Assembly (NCBI GenBank): GCA_043803205.1
Contig: JAZDKG010000070.1
Span: 1,725-65,724 of the forward strand
Direction: 5' to 3'
From: Planctomycetota bacterium
Lineage (GTDB): Bacteria > Planctomycetota > DG-23 > JAZDKG01
Length of the DNA stretch: 64,000 bases
Shown: positions 27,237 through 37,747 of the stretch, piece by piece
Layout of the letters: the number at the start of each line of letters is the position of its first letter
Numbering within the stretch: position 1 is the first letter of the stretch
Translations under genes and position numbers: made by a program
Notes under the pieces: generated by a model
Databases searched by the model: none
What the model was told of the DNA's origin: nothing
Seen by the model: the letters and a program-made list of their open reading frames with translations, nothing else

Positions 27237-29725
27237 AGACCACCAAGATCATCTTCAATGGCCGCACCGAGGGCCTCTTCCGCGGCGCTGGTCTCTCGAC
27301 CGCCGAGGATTTTTTACGCTCGCCCATGGAACGAGTGACCGCGCGCTCCATCGAGTGGACCACGGGCGACCTCACGCCGGCGGGGATGTCCGCAACGTTC
27401 GTCCTCAAGACATTCTTCCCCGTGCGTCCCTGGCGGATGGGCGGGAGGGACCGCTGTCCCTGCCTTCGGGAGTACGCCAACCTGCTCTATCTCCTCGAGG
27501 CGGGCGTCGGCGTCCCCGAGCCAGCGGTCGCCGGCCACGAGGTCGAGGATGGAAGACTCGTCGGCTCCTTCCTCGTGACCGAGAAGCTCTACGACGCATC
27601 GCCCTGGCCCGTGCCTTTCCGGAGCCGCACGGAGCGACTCGACGCGCTGCGCGTCCTGGGCCTCACCATAAAGAGGATGCACGAGGCGCGCTTTCATCAC
27701 GGGGACGCCCTCTTCTGCAATATCCTGTGGCGCGTCCCGCAGACGCGGGACGGACCGTCGTGCTTCATCACGAACTGTCCCCGCGGCAAGTCCATCCGAA
27801 GGGACCTCAGCGAAGGGGAGCGCGCGGACGACCTGGGGGCGCTCCTGGTCGATGCGGGGCGGGCGCTTACGCGGACGGAATGCCTGAGGATCCTTCTCCA
27901 CTACCGGGGCGAGGGCGGGCTCGACGCGGCGTTTGCGAAGAAGGCGCTTGCGGCCCGTCGCGCGCGCATCCTCCGTCGGGCGCGGGTGTTCCTACGCGCC
28001 GACGCCCTCCCGGGGATGCCCATGTCGTTTCAGGCGCCGCCCGACACGCTTGTCTCCTTCGACGACGCGATCCTTCACGAGCTCAACGTCCGCAAGCTGG
28101 CGGATTTTGAAACGCTGCGCCGCCCGCCCGGACGGGAGGTCGTGTCGGGGCGAAGACCCGTCTACCGCCTGGAGGGGCGACCGGGCAAGGAGGACCTCTT
28201 CGTCAAGGTGATCGGCGCGCATGCGCTCAAGGAGAAGCTCGCGGCGTTTTTGCCGACGCTCGCATCCCGCACGCGGGCGCTCAACGAGTGGTTCGCCCTT
28301 CACGCAGCCTTAGGCGCGGGGCTTCGTGTGCCGCGACCCCTGGGGATCGTGCAGCGTCGTTCCAGGGAAGCGCCCATCGAATCGATCCTTGTCACCGCCG
28401 CCCTGCCGGAACGCGCCCGTCGGCTCGATCTCTTCCTCGACTCGCTTGGCGACGGGCGGGGGGCAGACCTTGCATCTCTCTGGCGGGCCATCGCCGTAGC
28501 CGTCGGGAGGCTCCATGCCGCCGGTCTCGTCCACAACGAGCTCTTTGCCAAGCACATCTTCGTCAGCGCCGCGCCGGACGCGCGTCCTCCCTTCCGTTGG
28601 GAGGTTCACTTCCTCGACCTCCAGAACGCGCGCGTGCGACGCGCGACGGCACTGCGAGCGCGGGCGCGGGACCTGGCGGCGCTGCGTGCGAGCGTGCCGC
28701 CCTTTATTCTTCCGACGACGGGCTGGAACGAGTTCCTGCGCTCCTACGTCGCGTCCTGCCCGCCGGATGTACGCTATCCCGCGCTCCGCAGAGCCGTGGG
28801 GAGCGCCCAACGGAAGCTCGGAGCCAACCGTCGGGTCACGCGGATGCTCTACGAATGGGCCGATCCCGCGACTGCGGGACCGCAGGCGCGACTTCCTCTC
28901 CGGGAGAGCATCATCCAGGTCTCCGAGAGCCTGCGCGAGCGGCTGCTCGTCCACGCGGATTATGCCCAAGCCTTAGCGGACGCGGGCCTGGCAACTACGC
29001 TGGATTTCCTCTACTGCGAGGGGTCGGCCATCCGCGCCAAGGAGAGCCGGTCGATCTCGCGGCTCACCCTCAAGACGGGGGAGCGATCGGTTCCGCTGTA
29101 TCTGAAGCGTCACGAGGGCCAGACCCTCGGGCAGGTCCTCGCCGAACTCCTGCGCACCGGCCGGATCGAAAGCCCGGGGCTCCACGAAGCGGCCAACATT
29201 CAGCTCCTGCGCTCGCGGGGGATTGCCGCCCCTATCGTGGTCGCGGCGGGAGAGGAGCTTAAGCCCTTCTGGACGAGGCGGTCGTTTCTTCTCACGGCGG
29301 CGCTGGAGGGCGCACGCCCCCTCGACGATTTCTTTCGGGAGAAGAGCGCGCAGGCGCCACGTCTCAAGACGAAGATCATCGACCATCTTGCGCGTTTAGC
29401 GCGGCACCTTCACGCGTCGGGGTTCCACCATCAGGACTTCTACCTCAACCACGTTTTCATCCGCCCGGACGAGAAGCCGGAGCTCATCCTCATCGATCTT
29501 CAGCGCATGTACCGCCGACGGCGGCTCCGGCGGCGGTGGATCATCAAGGACCTCGGGCAGCTCAACTACTCCGCGGACCGGGCAGAGCTTAGCCGCGCCG
29601 ACCGCCTGCGGTTTTTCAAGACGTACCTCAACGCAAGCTACCTTTCCCGCGCGGACAAGCGGTTTCTTACGCGCATCCTTCGCAAGACATCCCGCATCAT
29701 CCACCATACCGGCTTCGGACAATGA
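27233..29725 (+). CDS. triple-domain lipopolysaccharide-kinase-like protein (three tandem WaaP/Kdo-kinase-family domains with variant catalytic loops)
   Basis: 830 aa. Domain 1 has FVLKTF lysine and [12 protein letters not shown] loop. Domain 2 has LFVKVIG and [12 protein letters not shown] (Asp to Asn). Domain 3 has LYLKRHEG and [12 protein letters not shown], with ILIDLQ. ATGA overlap with the upstream gene. Confidence 0.65.
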   Translation: MKTTKIIFNGRTEGLFRGAGLSTAEDFLRSPMERVTARSIEWTTGDLTPAGMSATFVLKTFFPVRPWRMGGRDRCPCLREYANLLYLLEAGVGVPEPAVAGHEVEDGRLVGSFLVTEKLYDASPWPVPFRSRTERLDALRVLGLTIKRMHEARFHHGDALFCNILWRVPQTRDGPSCFITNCPRGKSIRRDLSEGERADDLGALLVDAGRALTRTECLRILLHYRGEGGLDAAFAKKALAARRARILRRARVFLRADALPGMPMSFQAPPDTLVSFDDAILHELNVRKLADFETLRRPPGREVVSGRRPVYRLEGRPGKEDLFVKVIGAHALKEKLAAFLPTLASRTRALNEWFALHAALGAGLRVPRPLGIVQRRSREAPIESILVTAALPERARRLDLFLDSLGDGRGADLASLWRAIAVAVGRLHAAGLVHNELFAKHIFVSAAPDARPPFRWEVHFLDLQNARVRRATALRARARDLAALRASVPPFILPTTGWNEFLRSYVASCPPDVRYPALRRAVGSAQRKLGANRRVTRMLYEWADPATAGPQARLPLRESIIQVSESLRERLLVHADYAQALADAGLATTLDFLYCEGSAIRAKESRSISRLTLKTGERSVPLYLKRHEGQTLGQVLAELLRTGRIESPGLHEAANIQLLRSRGIAAPIVVAAGEELKPFWTRRSFLLTAALEGARPLDDFFREKSAQAPRLKTKIIDHLARLARHLHASGFHHQDFYLNHVFIRPDEKPELILIDLQRMYRRRRLRRRWIIKDLGQLNYSADRAELSRADRLRFFKTYLNASYLSRADKRFLTRILRKTSRIIHHTGFGQ

Positions 29726-29758
29726 AGCCGTAGCGGAGAAGCCAAAGGCCGGACATCC

Positions 29759-30934
29759 ATGAAGCTCGCTTTCCTCATCGAACACTTCGATCCTTCGCGG
29801 GGCGGGGCGGAGACGTACGTCGCCCAGTTTGCGGACGGATGCGCCAGGCGCGGCCACGAGGTGCACATCGTCGCGCGCTCGGGCGATGCGGGGGCGCTGC
29901 CGGCCGGCGTGACGCTCCACCGCATCCCGGCGGCGAGCCTTCTCCCGTGGCGGAAGTTCGACCGGAACGCGAACGAGGTTATGCAGGAGCTGGGGGCGGA
30001 CATCGTGCTCGGGACCGGAAAGACCACCTGCCAGGACGTCCTCCAGCCCCATGGCGGCGTGTATCGCGCGTCGCTGCGTCAGAACGGGGCCTTAGCCACG
30101 GGGACGGCGACCGGACTCCTGCGCGACGCCTGCGAGCTCTTCTCCTGGAAGCGACGATGCTACCTCTCAATCGAGAAGCAGCAGTATGCGTCGAGCGACA
30201 CAGAGTTCATCGCGGTCTCACGGATGGTCAAGTCCGACATGATGCGCTACTACGCCGTTCCAGAGGAGAGAATCCACGTCATCTACAACGGCGTAGACAC
30301 GACCCGTTTCCGTCCCGAGAACGCGGGGGTCTACCGCGAGGAGACGCGGGCGGCGCTGGGAGCGGGCCCAGGCGACCTCGTCGCCCTCCTCGTCGCACAC
30401 AATTCTCGACTCAAGGGCGTGCGATGTTTGCTGCAGGCCGTCGCGGCATTGGCAGACAAGGTCCCCGCGCGGGCCGTCATCGTGGGGAAGGGGAAAGCAA
30501 AACCCTATCAACGTCTAGCGCAAGCTCTCGGGATCGCGGAGCGGGTTCGCTTCGAGCCGTCCACGGCGCGACCCGAAGAGTACTATGCCGCGGCGGACAT
30601 CTACTGCCATCCCACGTGGTATGATCCGTGCTCCCTTGTCGTCCTGGAAGCCCTTGCGTCGGGGCTGCCCGTCATCACGACACGCTGGAACGGCGCAGGC
30701 GAGCTCATCACGAGCGGTCGCGAGGGCTACGTTATGTCCGACCCATCGGACCACGAGGAGCTAGCGCGCTTGATCCGACTCCTCGCCGAAGAGCCGGCGC
30801 GGCGAGCGGCCGGCGCAGCCGCCCGCGCGCTCGCGCTAGAGCACACGCTTGAGAGAAACCATCGCGAGATGATCGAGATCCTGGAACGGGCCGGTGAAAA
30901 GGCTCGCAGGAAATCCCCGAACGCGATACCATAG
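29759..30934 (+). CDS. glycosyltransferase family 4
   Basis: MKLAFLIEHFDPSRGGAETYV...; C-terminal LVVLEALASGLPVITTRWNGAGELI. Confidence 0.7.
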   Translation: MKLAFLIEHFDPSRGGAETYVAQFADGCARRGHEVHIVARSGDAGALPAGVTLHRIPAASLLPWRKFDRNANEVMQELGADIVLGTGKTTCQDVLQPHGGVYRASLRQNGALATGTATGLLRDACELFSWKRRCYLSIEKQQYASSDTEFIAVSRMVKSDMMRYYAVPEERIHVIYNGVDTTRFRPENAGVYREETRAALGAGPGDLVALLVAHNSRLKGVRCLLQAVAALADKVPARAVIVGKGKAKPYQRLAQALGIAERVRFEPSTARPEEYYAAADIYCHPTWYDPCSLVVLEALASGLPVITTRWNGAGELITSGREGYVMSDPSDHEELARLIRLLAEEPARRAAGAAARALALEHTLERNHREMIEILERAGEKARRKSPNAIP

Positions 30935-30965
30935 CGCCGACAGCTCTTTCCCCGGAGGCCTTCCG

Positions 30966-31619
30966 TTGTCGGCGACACTCTACACCGCCATCTGCATGAT
31001 TGTCTCCTACCTCTGCGGGGCGATCCCGTTCGGCCACCTCGCAGGCAGGGTCTTCGCCGGCATCGACATACGGGAACAGGGGAGCCGGAACCCGGGCGCC
31101 ACAAACGTATTGCGCGTTGTCGGCCTGGGGCCTGGGCTTCTGGTACTCGCACTCGACGCGCTCAAAGGCTTCATCCCGGTGATATTGTCGCGAGTATTCG
31201 CGGACACGATCGGGGACGGGACGGGGACGGAGCTTGTGATGGTCCTGTCGGCGGCGGCCGCCATCTTCGGACACATGTTCTCCATCTTTCTCTTAGGCCG
31301 GGGCGGAAAGGGCGTCGCAACGGCGGCGGGCGCGTGCCTAGCGATCATCCCCGCCGAGACGGCCATCGCGCTGACGGTGTGGGGGGGAACCGTCGTCGCG
31401 TCCCGGTACGTCTCCCTGGGGTCGATGTGCGCCGCGGTCGCACTGGGCGTGTCGCTCTTTTTCCTGGAACGGGACCTCTTCAGCACACGACTCCCCCTGC
31501 TCGTTTTTGTGCTCGTCCTCTGCGCCCTCGTGATCGTGCGCCACCGCGCGAACATTCGCAGGCTTCTCAAGGGCGAGGAGAACCGCCTGTCGTTCTCATC
31601 CCGGAAAGGCTCCCCATGA
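30966..31619 (+). CDS. plsY: glycerol-3-phosphate acyltransferase PlsY (acyl-phosphate dependent)
   Basis: SATLYTAICMIVSYLCGAIPFGHL...SRNPGATNVLRVVG matches PlsY N-termini. TTG start at 30966 with GGAGG 9 nt upstream. Track ORF starts at ATG 30894, overlapping the GT4 gene. Confidence 0.7.
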   Translation: MSATLYTAICMIVSYLCGAIPFGHLAGRVFAGIDIREQGSRNPGATNVLRVVGLGPGLLVLALDALKGFIPVILSRVFADTIGDGTGTELVMVLSAAAAIFGHMFSIFLLGRGGKGVATAAGACLAIIPAETAIALTVWGGTVVASRYVSLGSMCAAVALGVSLFFLERDLFSTRLPLLVFVLVLCALVIVRHRANIRRLLKGEENRLSFSSRKGSP

Positions 31620-33097
31620 AGACGTCGCGCGCCGTTTTCCGCTCGTTCTCCGTCGTGTTGCTGCTCGCATCGGTGTGCGGGCCGGCGCTCGCAGAAAGGA
31701 GGACAGAGATGTCGCCCATGGAACTTGTCGAGCTTATCCTCAGCGAGACAGAGCCTCTGCAGAGGGATCGCGGGGACCGCCTTCCCCTGATCCATTGGCA
31801 CGCGCGCGCGCTTGAGGCCGACGACGCGCGTCTCGAGGAGATCATCCGCGACCTGGACGCGCGCGGCATCGGGTTCTTCAGCCTCTGGGAGACGGGAACG
31901 AGCAGGGAATCGTCGCTCGCGCTGGCGCTGCGTGTCGCCGCCATTCAGAAAAGGCTCGGCCTCCCCGTGATCGTCTTCGCCAACGGCCCGATGCACATGT
32001 TTTTCAACGGCGAGGAGAGCACCGCCCACGTGGACGACGAGGGCAAGCCATTCTTCGACGACTCTTTCGGCGGGACGAAGATGGGCTGTCCCTTTGCACT
32101 CGAGCAGCGCATCGCGCCGATGAGGAAGGGGATGGAGTCCTTCGTTCAGGCTTACGTCGAACGAGACCTCCCCATCGACATCGCGTTCGCCGACTGGGAG
32201 ATCGACGGCCCCATCGAGTGGAATGACGCTTGGAAGAACTCGAAGCGTTGCCGGCGCTGCCGGGAGCATATCCCCGACATCGACGACTTCGCCGCCTTCC
32301 AAAAGGCGCTGCGCGCCATCCGCAGCAGGCTTCAGAAGGAGGTCTTAGCCGAGCCCATCCTCTCGGCGTTTCCGAAAGCCCTTGTCGGGAACTACGGTGT
32401 CTACCCGAACGACGGCTATCGGTACTGGCTGGACTACTACGAACACGAGGACTTCCCCGAGGGGGTGGCGCTCAAGACGGACGGCGGCGCCCGCTACCGC
32501 CCGTGGGCGGACGAGTTCAAGGACACCGGCTTCACCTTCGCGATGCCGGTCGTCTACACGTGGTCCCGGTGCTACCGCTGGTATGACGACGAGAACACGG
32601 ACTGGCGATGGTTCACCAACATGCTCCTCAACGCGACCAACGCGGGGAAGAGCACGTCGCCGAACATCCCCATCATCAGTTGGATCCACCACGCGATCAT
32701 CTGGGAGTCCGGGAAGAGCTCCGAAGACGTGGTCCAGTTCAGCACGGAGAAGTACAAGGAGCTTCTCTGGCACATGCTGCTGCGCGGGTGTGACGCCTTC
32801 GCTCTCTGGTGCACGAACCAGGAGGTCGACTTCGAGACGCGGCCGCTGCACGAGGTCTACGCCGAATCCCTCGAGTGGCGCGAGTTCCTCGACCGAGGCC
32901 AACCGGTCTCTTTCGAGGTGCCCCGCGGGGCGGGCCCCGTGGTGTCGGGGCTGCGGCTCGGGGACCGCATGCTCGTCCGAAGGACGGATTTCGGAGACCC
33001 TTCAGCGCCCGCTTCGATCACCGTCGGGGGAAAGACGCTTCCCGTCCCGAGCGCGCCCGGGGTCTGCCGGGTAATCGGCCTCTCCAGCAGTCCATAG
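31616..33097 (+). CDS. secreted/periplasmic hypothetical protein with signal peptide
   Basis: MKTSRAVFRSFSVVLLLASVCGPALAE signal peptide, 493 aa, W/Y/D-rich, no motif recognised. Start reset from 31334 (ATGA overlap with plsY). Confidence 0.5.
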   Translation: MKTSRAVFRSFSVVLLLASVCGPALAERRTEMSPMELVELILSETEPLQRDRGDRLPLIHWHARALEADDARLEEIIRDLDARGIGFFSLWETGTSRESSLALALRVAAIQKRLGLPVIVFANGPMHMFFNGEESTAHVDDEGKPFFDDSFGGTKMGCPFALEQRIAPMRKGMESFVQAYVERDLPIDIAFADWEIDGPIEWNDAWKNSKRCRRCREHIPDIDDFAAFQKALRAIRSRLQKEVLAEPILSAFPKALVGNYGVYPNDGYRYWLDYYEHEDFPEGVALKTDGGARYRPWADEFKDTGFTFAMPVVYTWSRCYRWYDDENTDWRWFTNMLLNATNAGKSTSPNIPIISWIHHAIIWESGKSSEDVVQFSTEKYKELLWHMLLRGCDAFALWCTNQEVDFETRPLHEVYAESLEWREFLDRGQPVSFEVPRGAGPVVSGLRLGDRMLVRRTDFGDPSAPASITVGGKTLPVPSAPGVCRVIGLSSSP

Positions 33098-33120
33098 GGA
33101 AGATCCGCCTCGCTCCGCGC

Positions 33121-34623
33121 TTAGGTGGCGTGGGTCGCCGCGCGTCCAGCCCATCGAGAGGAGTGCGCCAGCGAGAGCACCCCCACGTAGAGGTACCCCA
33201 GCGCGAAGAGGAGGAGGAAGGGGATCGACGAGTAGTACCCGAGGGTGAAGGCCCACCAGATCGTCCAGGCCACGTAGCACGCAAGGGCCAGCTCGAGGAA
33301 GGGAAGGTACGTGACCTTCCCACGGTACTTGGCCATCCTGGCGCGCACTTCCTCCCGTCCGCCGCCGTACTTGGGCGTGCGCTCGAAGGCGCTCCTGTGC
33401 CCCAGGAGGCCCTCGGCCACTCCCTTCGCGTTCACGAGCGAAAGCCCGATCCCCAGGCACATGAGGAAGGGAAGGTAGGCCAGCGTCTTCCACCAGGTCC
33501 TCTTGACCCCCCTCTGCGCGACCACGTAGAAGACGGACGCGCTTAAGGACGCGAGCACGAAGAGCGGCACGTCGATCGCGAGGACCCCGTACCATCCGCT
33601 CCAGACGTTGGACTCGAACCGGCAGACGATCGCGGGCCAGAGCGCCAGCGTCATGAGGAACACGTAGACGTAGACCGTGGAGCACGTGAGGTGGAAGACG
33701 GCCTCCAGCTTCACCCACCACGGGAGGTCGCTCGCCAGCACCTTCGGGAGGATTTTCTTCGCCGTCTGCACCGCCCCCTTCGTCCAACGATGCTGCTGGC
33801 CCTTGAACGCGTTCATCTCGGCGGGAAGCTCCGCGGGACAGACCACTTCGGGGAGATAGACGAACTTCCATCCGCCGAGCTGCGCGCGGTAGGAGAGATC
33901 CAGGTCCTCCGTGAGCGTGTCATGCTCCCACTCGCCGCTCGACTCGATCGCCCGTCGTCTCCAAATCCCCGCCGTCCCGTTGAAATTGATGAACCGCCCT
34001 GACCGGCTGCGCGCGAGATGCTCCACGACGAAATGCCCGTCCAGGAAGATCGCCTGGCCCTTCGTGAGGAGGCTCTGGTCCTCGTTCATGTGCCCCCAGC
34101 GCACCTGCACCATGCCGACGGAAGGCTCGGCGAAGTGATGGATGGTCCTCTCGAGGAACTCGGGCGCCGGAATGAAATCCGCGTCGAAGAGGGCGATAAA
34201 CTCCCCGCGGGCCTCCTTGAGGCCCACCTGGAGCGCGCCGGCCTTGTACCCCGTGCGATCCTCGCGATGGATGAGGCGGATGTCAAGGCCCCGGGAGCGC
34301 ATGTCCTGGACGCAGGTCCGGACGATGTCAGCGGTCTCGTCGGTGGAATCGTCGAGCACCTGGATCTCCAGGAGCTCGCTGGGATAACGGATGCGACAGG
34401 CGGCCTCGATGAGGCGGCGCACCACGAACATCTCGTTATAGACCGGGAGCTGGATGGTCACGGGCGGAAGCGGGTCCAGGCGCTTGTCGGGCTCCCCGGC
34501 CGAGCGTCTGTGCCTCCAATAGAGCATCACCAGTACGTACCGGTGGAGCCCATAGATGACCACCATCACCACCACCCAGAGGTAGAAGACGAAGAAGACG
34601 CTCTTGACCGCGGAAAGGAACAT
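33121..34623 (-). CDS. processive family-2 glycosyltransferase (cellulose-synthase-like; D, D, D, QxxRW motifs)
   Basis: 500 aa. N-terminal TM, QVLDDSTDET, FDADF, TEDLD, KGQQHRWTKG, then 4 C-terminal TM helices. Confidence 0.75.
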   Translation of the reverse strand: MFLSAVKSVFFVFYLWVVVMVVIYGLHRYVLVMLYWRHRRSAGEPDKRLDPLPPVTIQLPVYNEMFVVRRLIEAACRIRYPSELLEIQVLDDSTDETADIVRTCVQDMRSRGLDIRLIHREDRTGYKAGALQVGLKEARGEFIALFDADFIPAPEFLERTIHHFAEPSVGMVQVRWGHMNEDQSLLTKGQAIFLDGHFVVEHLARSRSGRFINFNGTAGIWRRRAIESSGEWEHDTLTEDLDLSYRAQLGGWKFVYLPEVVCPAELPAEMNAFKGQQHRWTKGAVQTAKKILPKVLASDLPWWVKLEAVFHLTCSTVYVYVFLMTLALWPAIVCRFESNVWSGWYGVLAIDVPLFVLASLSASVFYVVAQRGVKRTWWKTLAYLPFLMCLGIGLSLVNAKGVAEGLLGHRSAFERTPKYGGGREEVRARMAKYRGKVTYLPFLELALACYVAWTIWWAFTLGYYSSIPFLLLFALGYLYVGVLSLAHSSRWAGRAATHAT

Positions 34624-34728
34624 GGCCGTATGGCACCCCGCCTAAGCCTCCCCGTTCATCCGTCTCATCTTGGTCCGCTCGCAGATGAAGTCAAGGGAAA
34701 AGGCACTCCCGACGCGGCCGGGACGGCC

Positions 34729-35175
34729 CTACGCTGTGCGGCCCGCGAGCGCATCGCGGATCCGGCGCTCCAGCCCCTCGAGCTCAGCGGCCTCGACCTC
34801 TCTGGGCCTCCAGTTGAGGAGCCCCACATCGTCGCGCGTCCAGCGGGGGATGAGATGGATGTGCAAATGCTCCACGACCTGACCGGCGCTGCACCCCGTG
34901 TTGTTGAGCAGGTTGAGGCCGTCCGCCCCCACGGCCCGCATCACGGCACCGGCAAGCGCCGGCAAGACCTCGGGGAGGCCCTCCAAAGCGGGCGGGTCGA
35001 TCCGGGCGAGCGAGGTCACATGGGTCGTCGGCACGAGGAGCGTATGTCCCCGGCTCACCGGATGGATGTCGAGAAACGCCACGAACCGCGCGTCGCGGTA
35101 CACGATCCGGGCCGGGATCTCCCCCCGCACGATCTTGCAGAAGATGCAATTGGGGTCCGGCGCGCTCAAGGTCAC
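34729..35175 (-). CDS. HIT-family (histidine triad) nucleotide hydrolase/transferase
   Basis: 148 aa from GTG 35175 (GGGGGAG RBS). CIFCKIV...HTLLVPT...VVEHLHIHLIP histidine triad. Track ORF 34729..35466 is a 5' extension into rplQ. Confidence 0.75.
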   Translation of the reverse strand: MTLSAPDPNCIFCKIVRGEIPARIVYRDARFVAFLDIHPVSRGHTLLVPTTHVTSLARIDPPALEGLPEVLPALAGAVMRAVGADGLNLLNNTGCSAGQVVEHLHIHLIPRWTRDDVGLLNWRPREVEAAELEGLERRIRDALAGRTA

Positions 35176-35197
35176 GGCACTCCCCCGCTTCGTCTTC

Positions 35198-35605
35198 CTA
35201 CTTCCCCTTGCCCTTCCCAGGCTCCTCGGGCTTGTCCTGGGAGCCCTCCTTCGTGACGAGCTCCCAGATAACGAGGTCCGCGCTATCGCCGATGCGGTGT
35301 TTGAAGTGCCTGATAATCCGCGTGTAACCGCCCGGTCGGCTCGAGTATCGCGGGGCGATCTCGTTGAAGAGCTTGCGGACCATCGCCTCGTGAGGGAGGA
35401 TCGACAGGGCGCGCCTATAGTTCGCCAGGCTCTTTTCCCGCGCCAACGTGATGAGCTTTTCCGCAAAGGGTCGGACCGCTTTCGCTTTTTCGGGGGTGGT
35501 GACCACGCGTCCGCTCTCGAAGAGGGCCAAGGCGAGGTTGCGGCGCAACGCTTTGCGGTGCGACGATTTCCTCCCCAGGATTCCCCGGATCTTGCGGTGT
35601 CTCAT
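35198..35605 (-). CDS. rplQ: 50S ribosomal protein L17
   Basis: MRHRKIRGILGRKSSHRKALRRNLA... Confidence 0.92.
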   Translation of the reverse strand: MRHRKIRGILGRKSSHRKALRRNLALALFESGRVVTTPEKAKAVRPFAEKLITLAREKSLANYRRALSILPHEAMVRKLFNEIAPRYSSRPGGYTRIIRHFKHRIGDSADLVIWELVTKEGSQDKPEEPGKGKGK

Positions 35606-36642
35606 CCTTTCGCCTCCGCCTCGTCCTTGTCGATCTCCTCGTCCTGCTCTTCTTTCTCTTCGTCCTCTTCGCCCGGCTTCAGTTCAAGGCCCATCGCGGC
35701 CAGCTTGGTCTCGACCTCGGTGAGGGAGGTCTTCCCGAAGTTTCGGATCTCCAGGAGTTCCTCGCCCGTCTTGGCGACCAGTTCTCCGATCGTCCGGATG
35801 CCGGCGGACTCCAGGCAGTTGGAGGCGCGGACGGAGAGGTCCAGCTCTTCGATGTTCATCTCGTATTTCTTCGCGCGCTCCATCTCGAGGGCCGGCTCTT
35901 CGGCGACCTGGGCCGCATCCGCCGCCATCTTCTCGCCCAGCTCGAAGTATTGCACGAAGGGATTCAGGTGTTTGCGGAGGATCTTCGCCGCCTCCACGAG
36001 GGCCATCTCCGGGGTGACCGTCCCATCGGTCCAGATTTCCAGGATCAGGCGGTCGTAGTTGGTCCTCTGGCCGACGCGGGTGTCCTCGGTCCGGTAGCGC
36101 ACGCGGGTCACCGGGGAGAAGACCATGTCGAGCGGGACACGCCCGATCATCGACTCCTTCCCTTCGCTCTCTTCCGCCGTGATGTAGCCGCGGCCCTTGC
36201 GGACCTCCATCTCCATGACGAAGGGCCGGTCGACGTTGAGGGTGGCGATATGATGCTGTCCGTGGAGGATCTCGACGCGCTCATCCGTGCGGATGTCGGC
36301 TGCCGTGACCTCCCCTTTCGCGTTCTTCTCGATTCGCATCTTGCGGGGCTCATCGCCCTGGAGGCGCACCACGAGTCCCTTCACGTTGAGCACGATGTCC
36401 GTGATGTCCTCGACGACGCCCTCGATGGAACTGAACTCGTGTGCGACGCCTTCGAGCGAGATCCAGGCGACGGCGGCGCCCTCGAGGCTGCTGAGGAGAA
36501 TCCGCCTCAGGCTGTTCCCGACCGTCGTCCCGAACCCCCGTTCGAAGGGCTCGGCGGTGAAGCAGCCATAGGTAGGGGTAAGCGTCGCCGTATCGCAGGT
36601 GACGCGCGCCGGCAGTTCCAGGCCCCTCCATCGAACTCTCAT
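35602..36642 (-). CDS. rpoA: DNA-directed RNA polymerase subunit alpha
   Basis: 346 aa. ...TLTPTYGCFTAEPFERGFGTTVGNSLRRILLSSLEGAAV... Confidence 0.92.
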   Translation of the reverse strand: MRVRWRGLELPARVTCDTATLTPTYGCFTAEPFERGFGTTVGNSLRRILLSSLEGAAVAWISLEGVAHEFSSIEGVVEDITDIVLNVKGLVVRLQGDEPRKMRIEKNAKGEVTAADIRTDERVEILHGQHHIATLNVDRPFVMEMEVRKGRGYITAEESEGKESMIGRVPLDMVFSPVTRVRYRTEDTRVGQRTNYDRLILEIWTDGTVTPEMALVEAAKILRKHLNPFVQYFELGEKMAADAAQVAEEPALEMERAKKYEMNIEELDLSVRASNCLESAGIRTIGELVAKTGEELLEIRNFGKTSLTEVETKLAAMGLELKPGEEDEEKEEQDEEIDKDEAEAKG

Positions 36643-36703
36643 GCTTCAACCTCCCGTACGCTAAACGTAAGGATGGGCGTCCCGGCGGGACGCCCTCGCC
36701 GGA

Positions 36704-37330
36704 CTACTTCGACGAGAACTCCACAATGAGCTGCTCCTCGACGGGCATCGACACCTCGTCCCTGGCGGGGAGTCGGAGCACCTTGACGACAGGGGGATCC
36801 GCCGCGATGTCCAGCCACGTCGGCCGCTCCCGCTGGCGCGTGAGGTCCATCGTGTCCTTCACCGCCTTGCGCAGAGGCTCGGCGTCCCGGACGGTGAGCA
36901 CGTCGCCCAGCCGGACGCCGTACGACGGGATGTCGGTCTTGCGTCCGTTCACGCGGATCCAGCCGTGACGGATCATCTGACGCGCCTGGGCGCGCGAGGC
37001 CGCCAGCCCGGAGCGGTACATCACGTTGTCCAGGCGTCTCTCCAACGACAGCAGCAGATGCTCGCCGGTGTTTCCCTTCTTCTGGAGCGCTTCCCGGAAG
37101 TATCTTCGGAACTGCGCGTCCAGCACCCCGTAGACGCGTTTGGCCCGCTGCTTTTCGCGGAGCTGCATCGCGTATTCGCCGGTCTTTCCCCGGCGGAAGG
37201 GGTGCTCGCCGGGGGGATACGCCCGGTCTTGCATCGCGCACTTAGGGCTGTCGCACCGGTAGCCCTTGAGGAAGAGCTTCATGCGCTCCCGACGACAGAA
37301 CTTGCAAACAGGACCCGAGTACCTCGCCAT
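36704..37330 (-). CDS. rpsD: 30S ribosomal protein S4
   Basis: MARYSGPVCKFCRRERMKLFLKG... Confidence 0.92.
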   Translation of the reverse strand: MARYSGPVCKFCRRERMKLFLKGYRCDSPKCAMQDRAYPPGEHPFRRGKTGEYAMQLREKQRAKRVYGVLDAQFRRYFREALQKKGNTGEHLLLSLERRLDNVMYRSGLAASRAQARQMIRHGWIRVNGRKTDIPSYGVRLGDVLTVRDAEPLRKAVKDTMDLTRQRERPTWLDIAADPPVVKVLRLPARDEVSMPVEEQLIVEFSSK

Positions 37331-37342
37331 GCACTTTCCTCT

Positions 37343-37720
37343 CTACACGCGACGCCTCTTGCGAGGCCGACAACCATCGTGAGGGAGGGGCGTGACGTCC
37401 TCGATCGCGCGGACCTCCAACCCCATCGCCTGCAACGCCGTGATGGCGCTCTCCCGGCCGCTGCCGGGCCCCTTGACACGGACCTCGACCTCGCGGATCC
37501 CGAACTTGCGGGCTTTTTCCGCGACGGTCTCGGCGGCGCGCTGCGCCGCAAAGGGGGTGCTCTTTCGAGAGCCCTTGAAGCCGATCGTGCCGGCGCTGTC
37601 CCAGCAGAGGACCTCCCCCGCCGTGTCCGTCACCGAGATGATCGTGTTGTTGAACGTCGCCTTGATATGGACGATCCCCTTGACGACGTTGCGATGCGCT
37701 TTCTTCTTGCCGGCAGCCAT
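37343..37720 (-). CDS. rpsK: 30S ribosomal protein S11
   Basis: ...[18 protein letters not shown]... Confidence 0.92.
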   Translation of the reverse strand: MAAGKKKAHRNVVKGIVHIKATFNNTIISVTDTAGEVLCWDSAGTIGFKGSRKSTPFAAQRAAETVAEKARKFGIREVEVRVKGPGSGRESAITALQAMGLEVRAIEDVTPLPHDGCRPRKRRRV

Positions 37721-37747
37721 TCGATCCTCCGGATCAATGTCCCGCGA

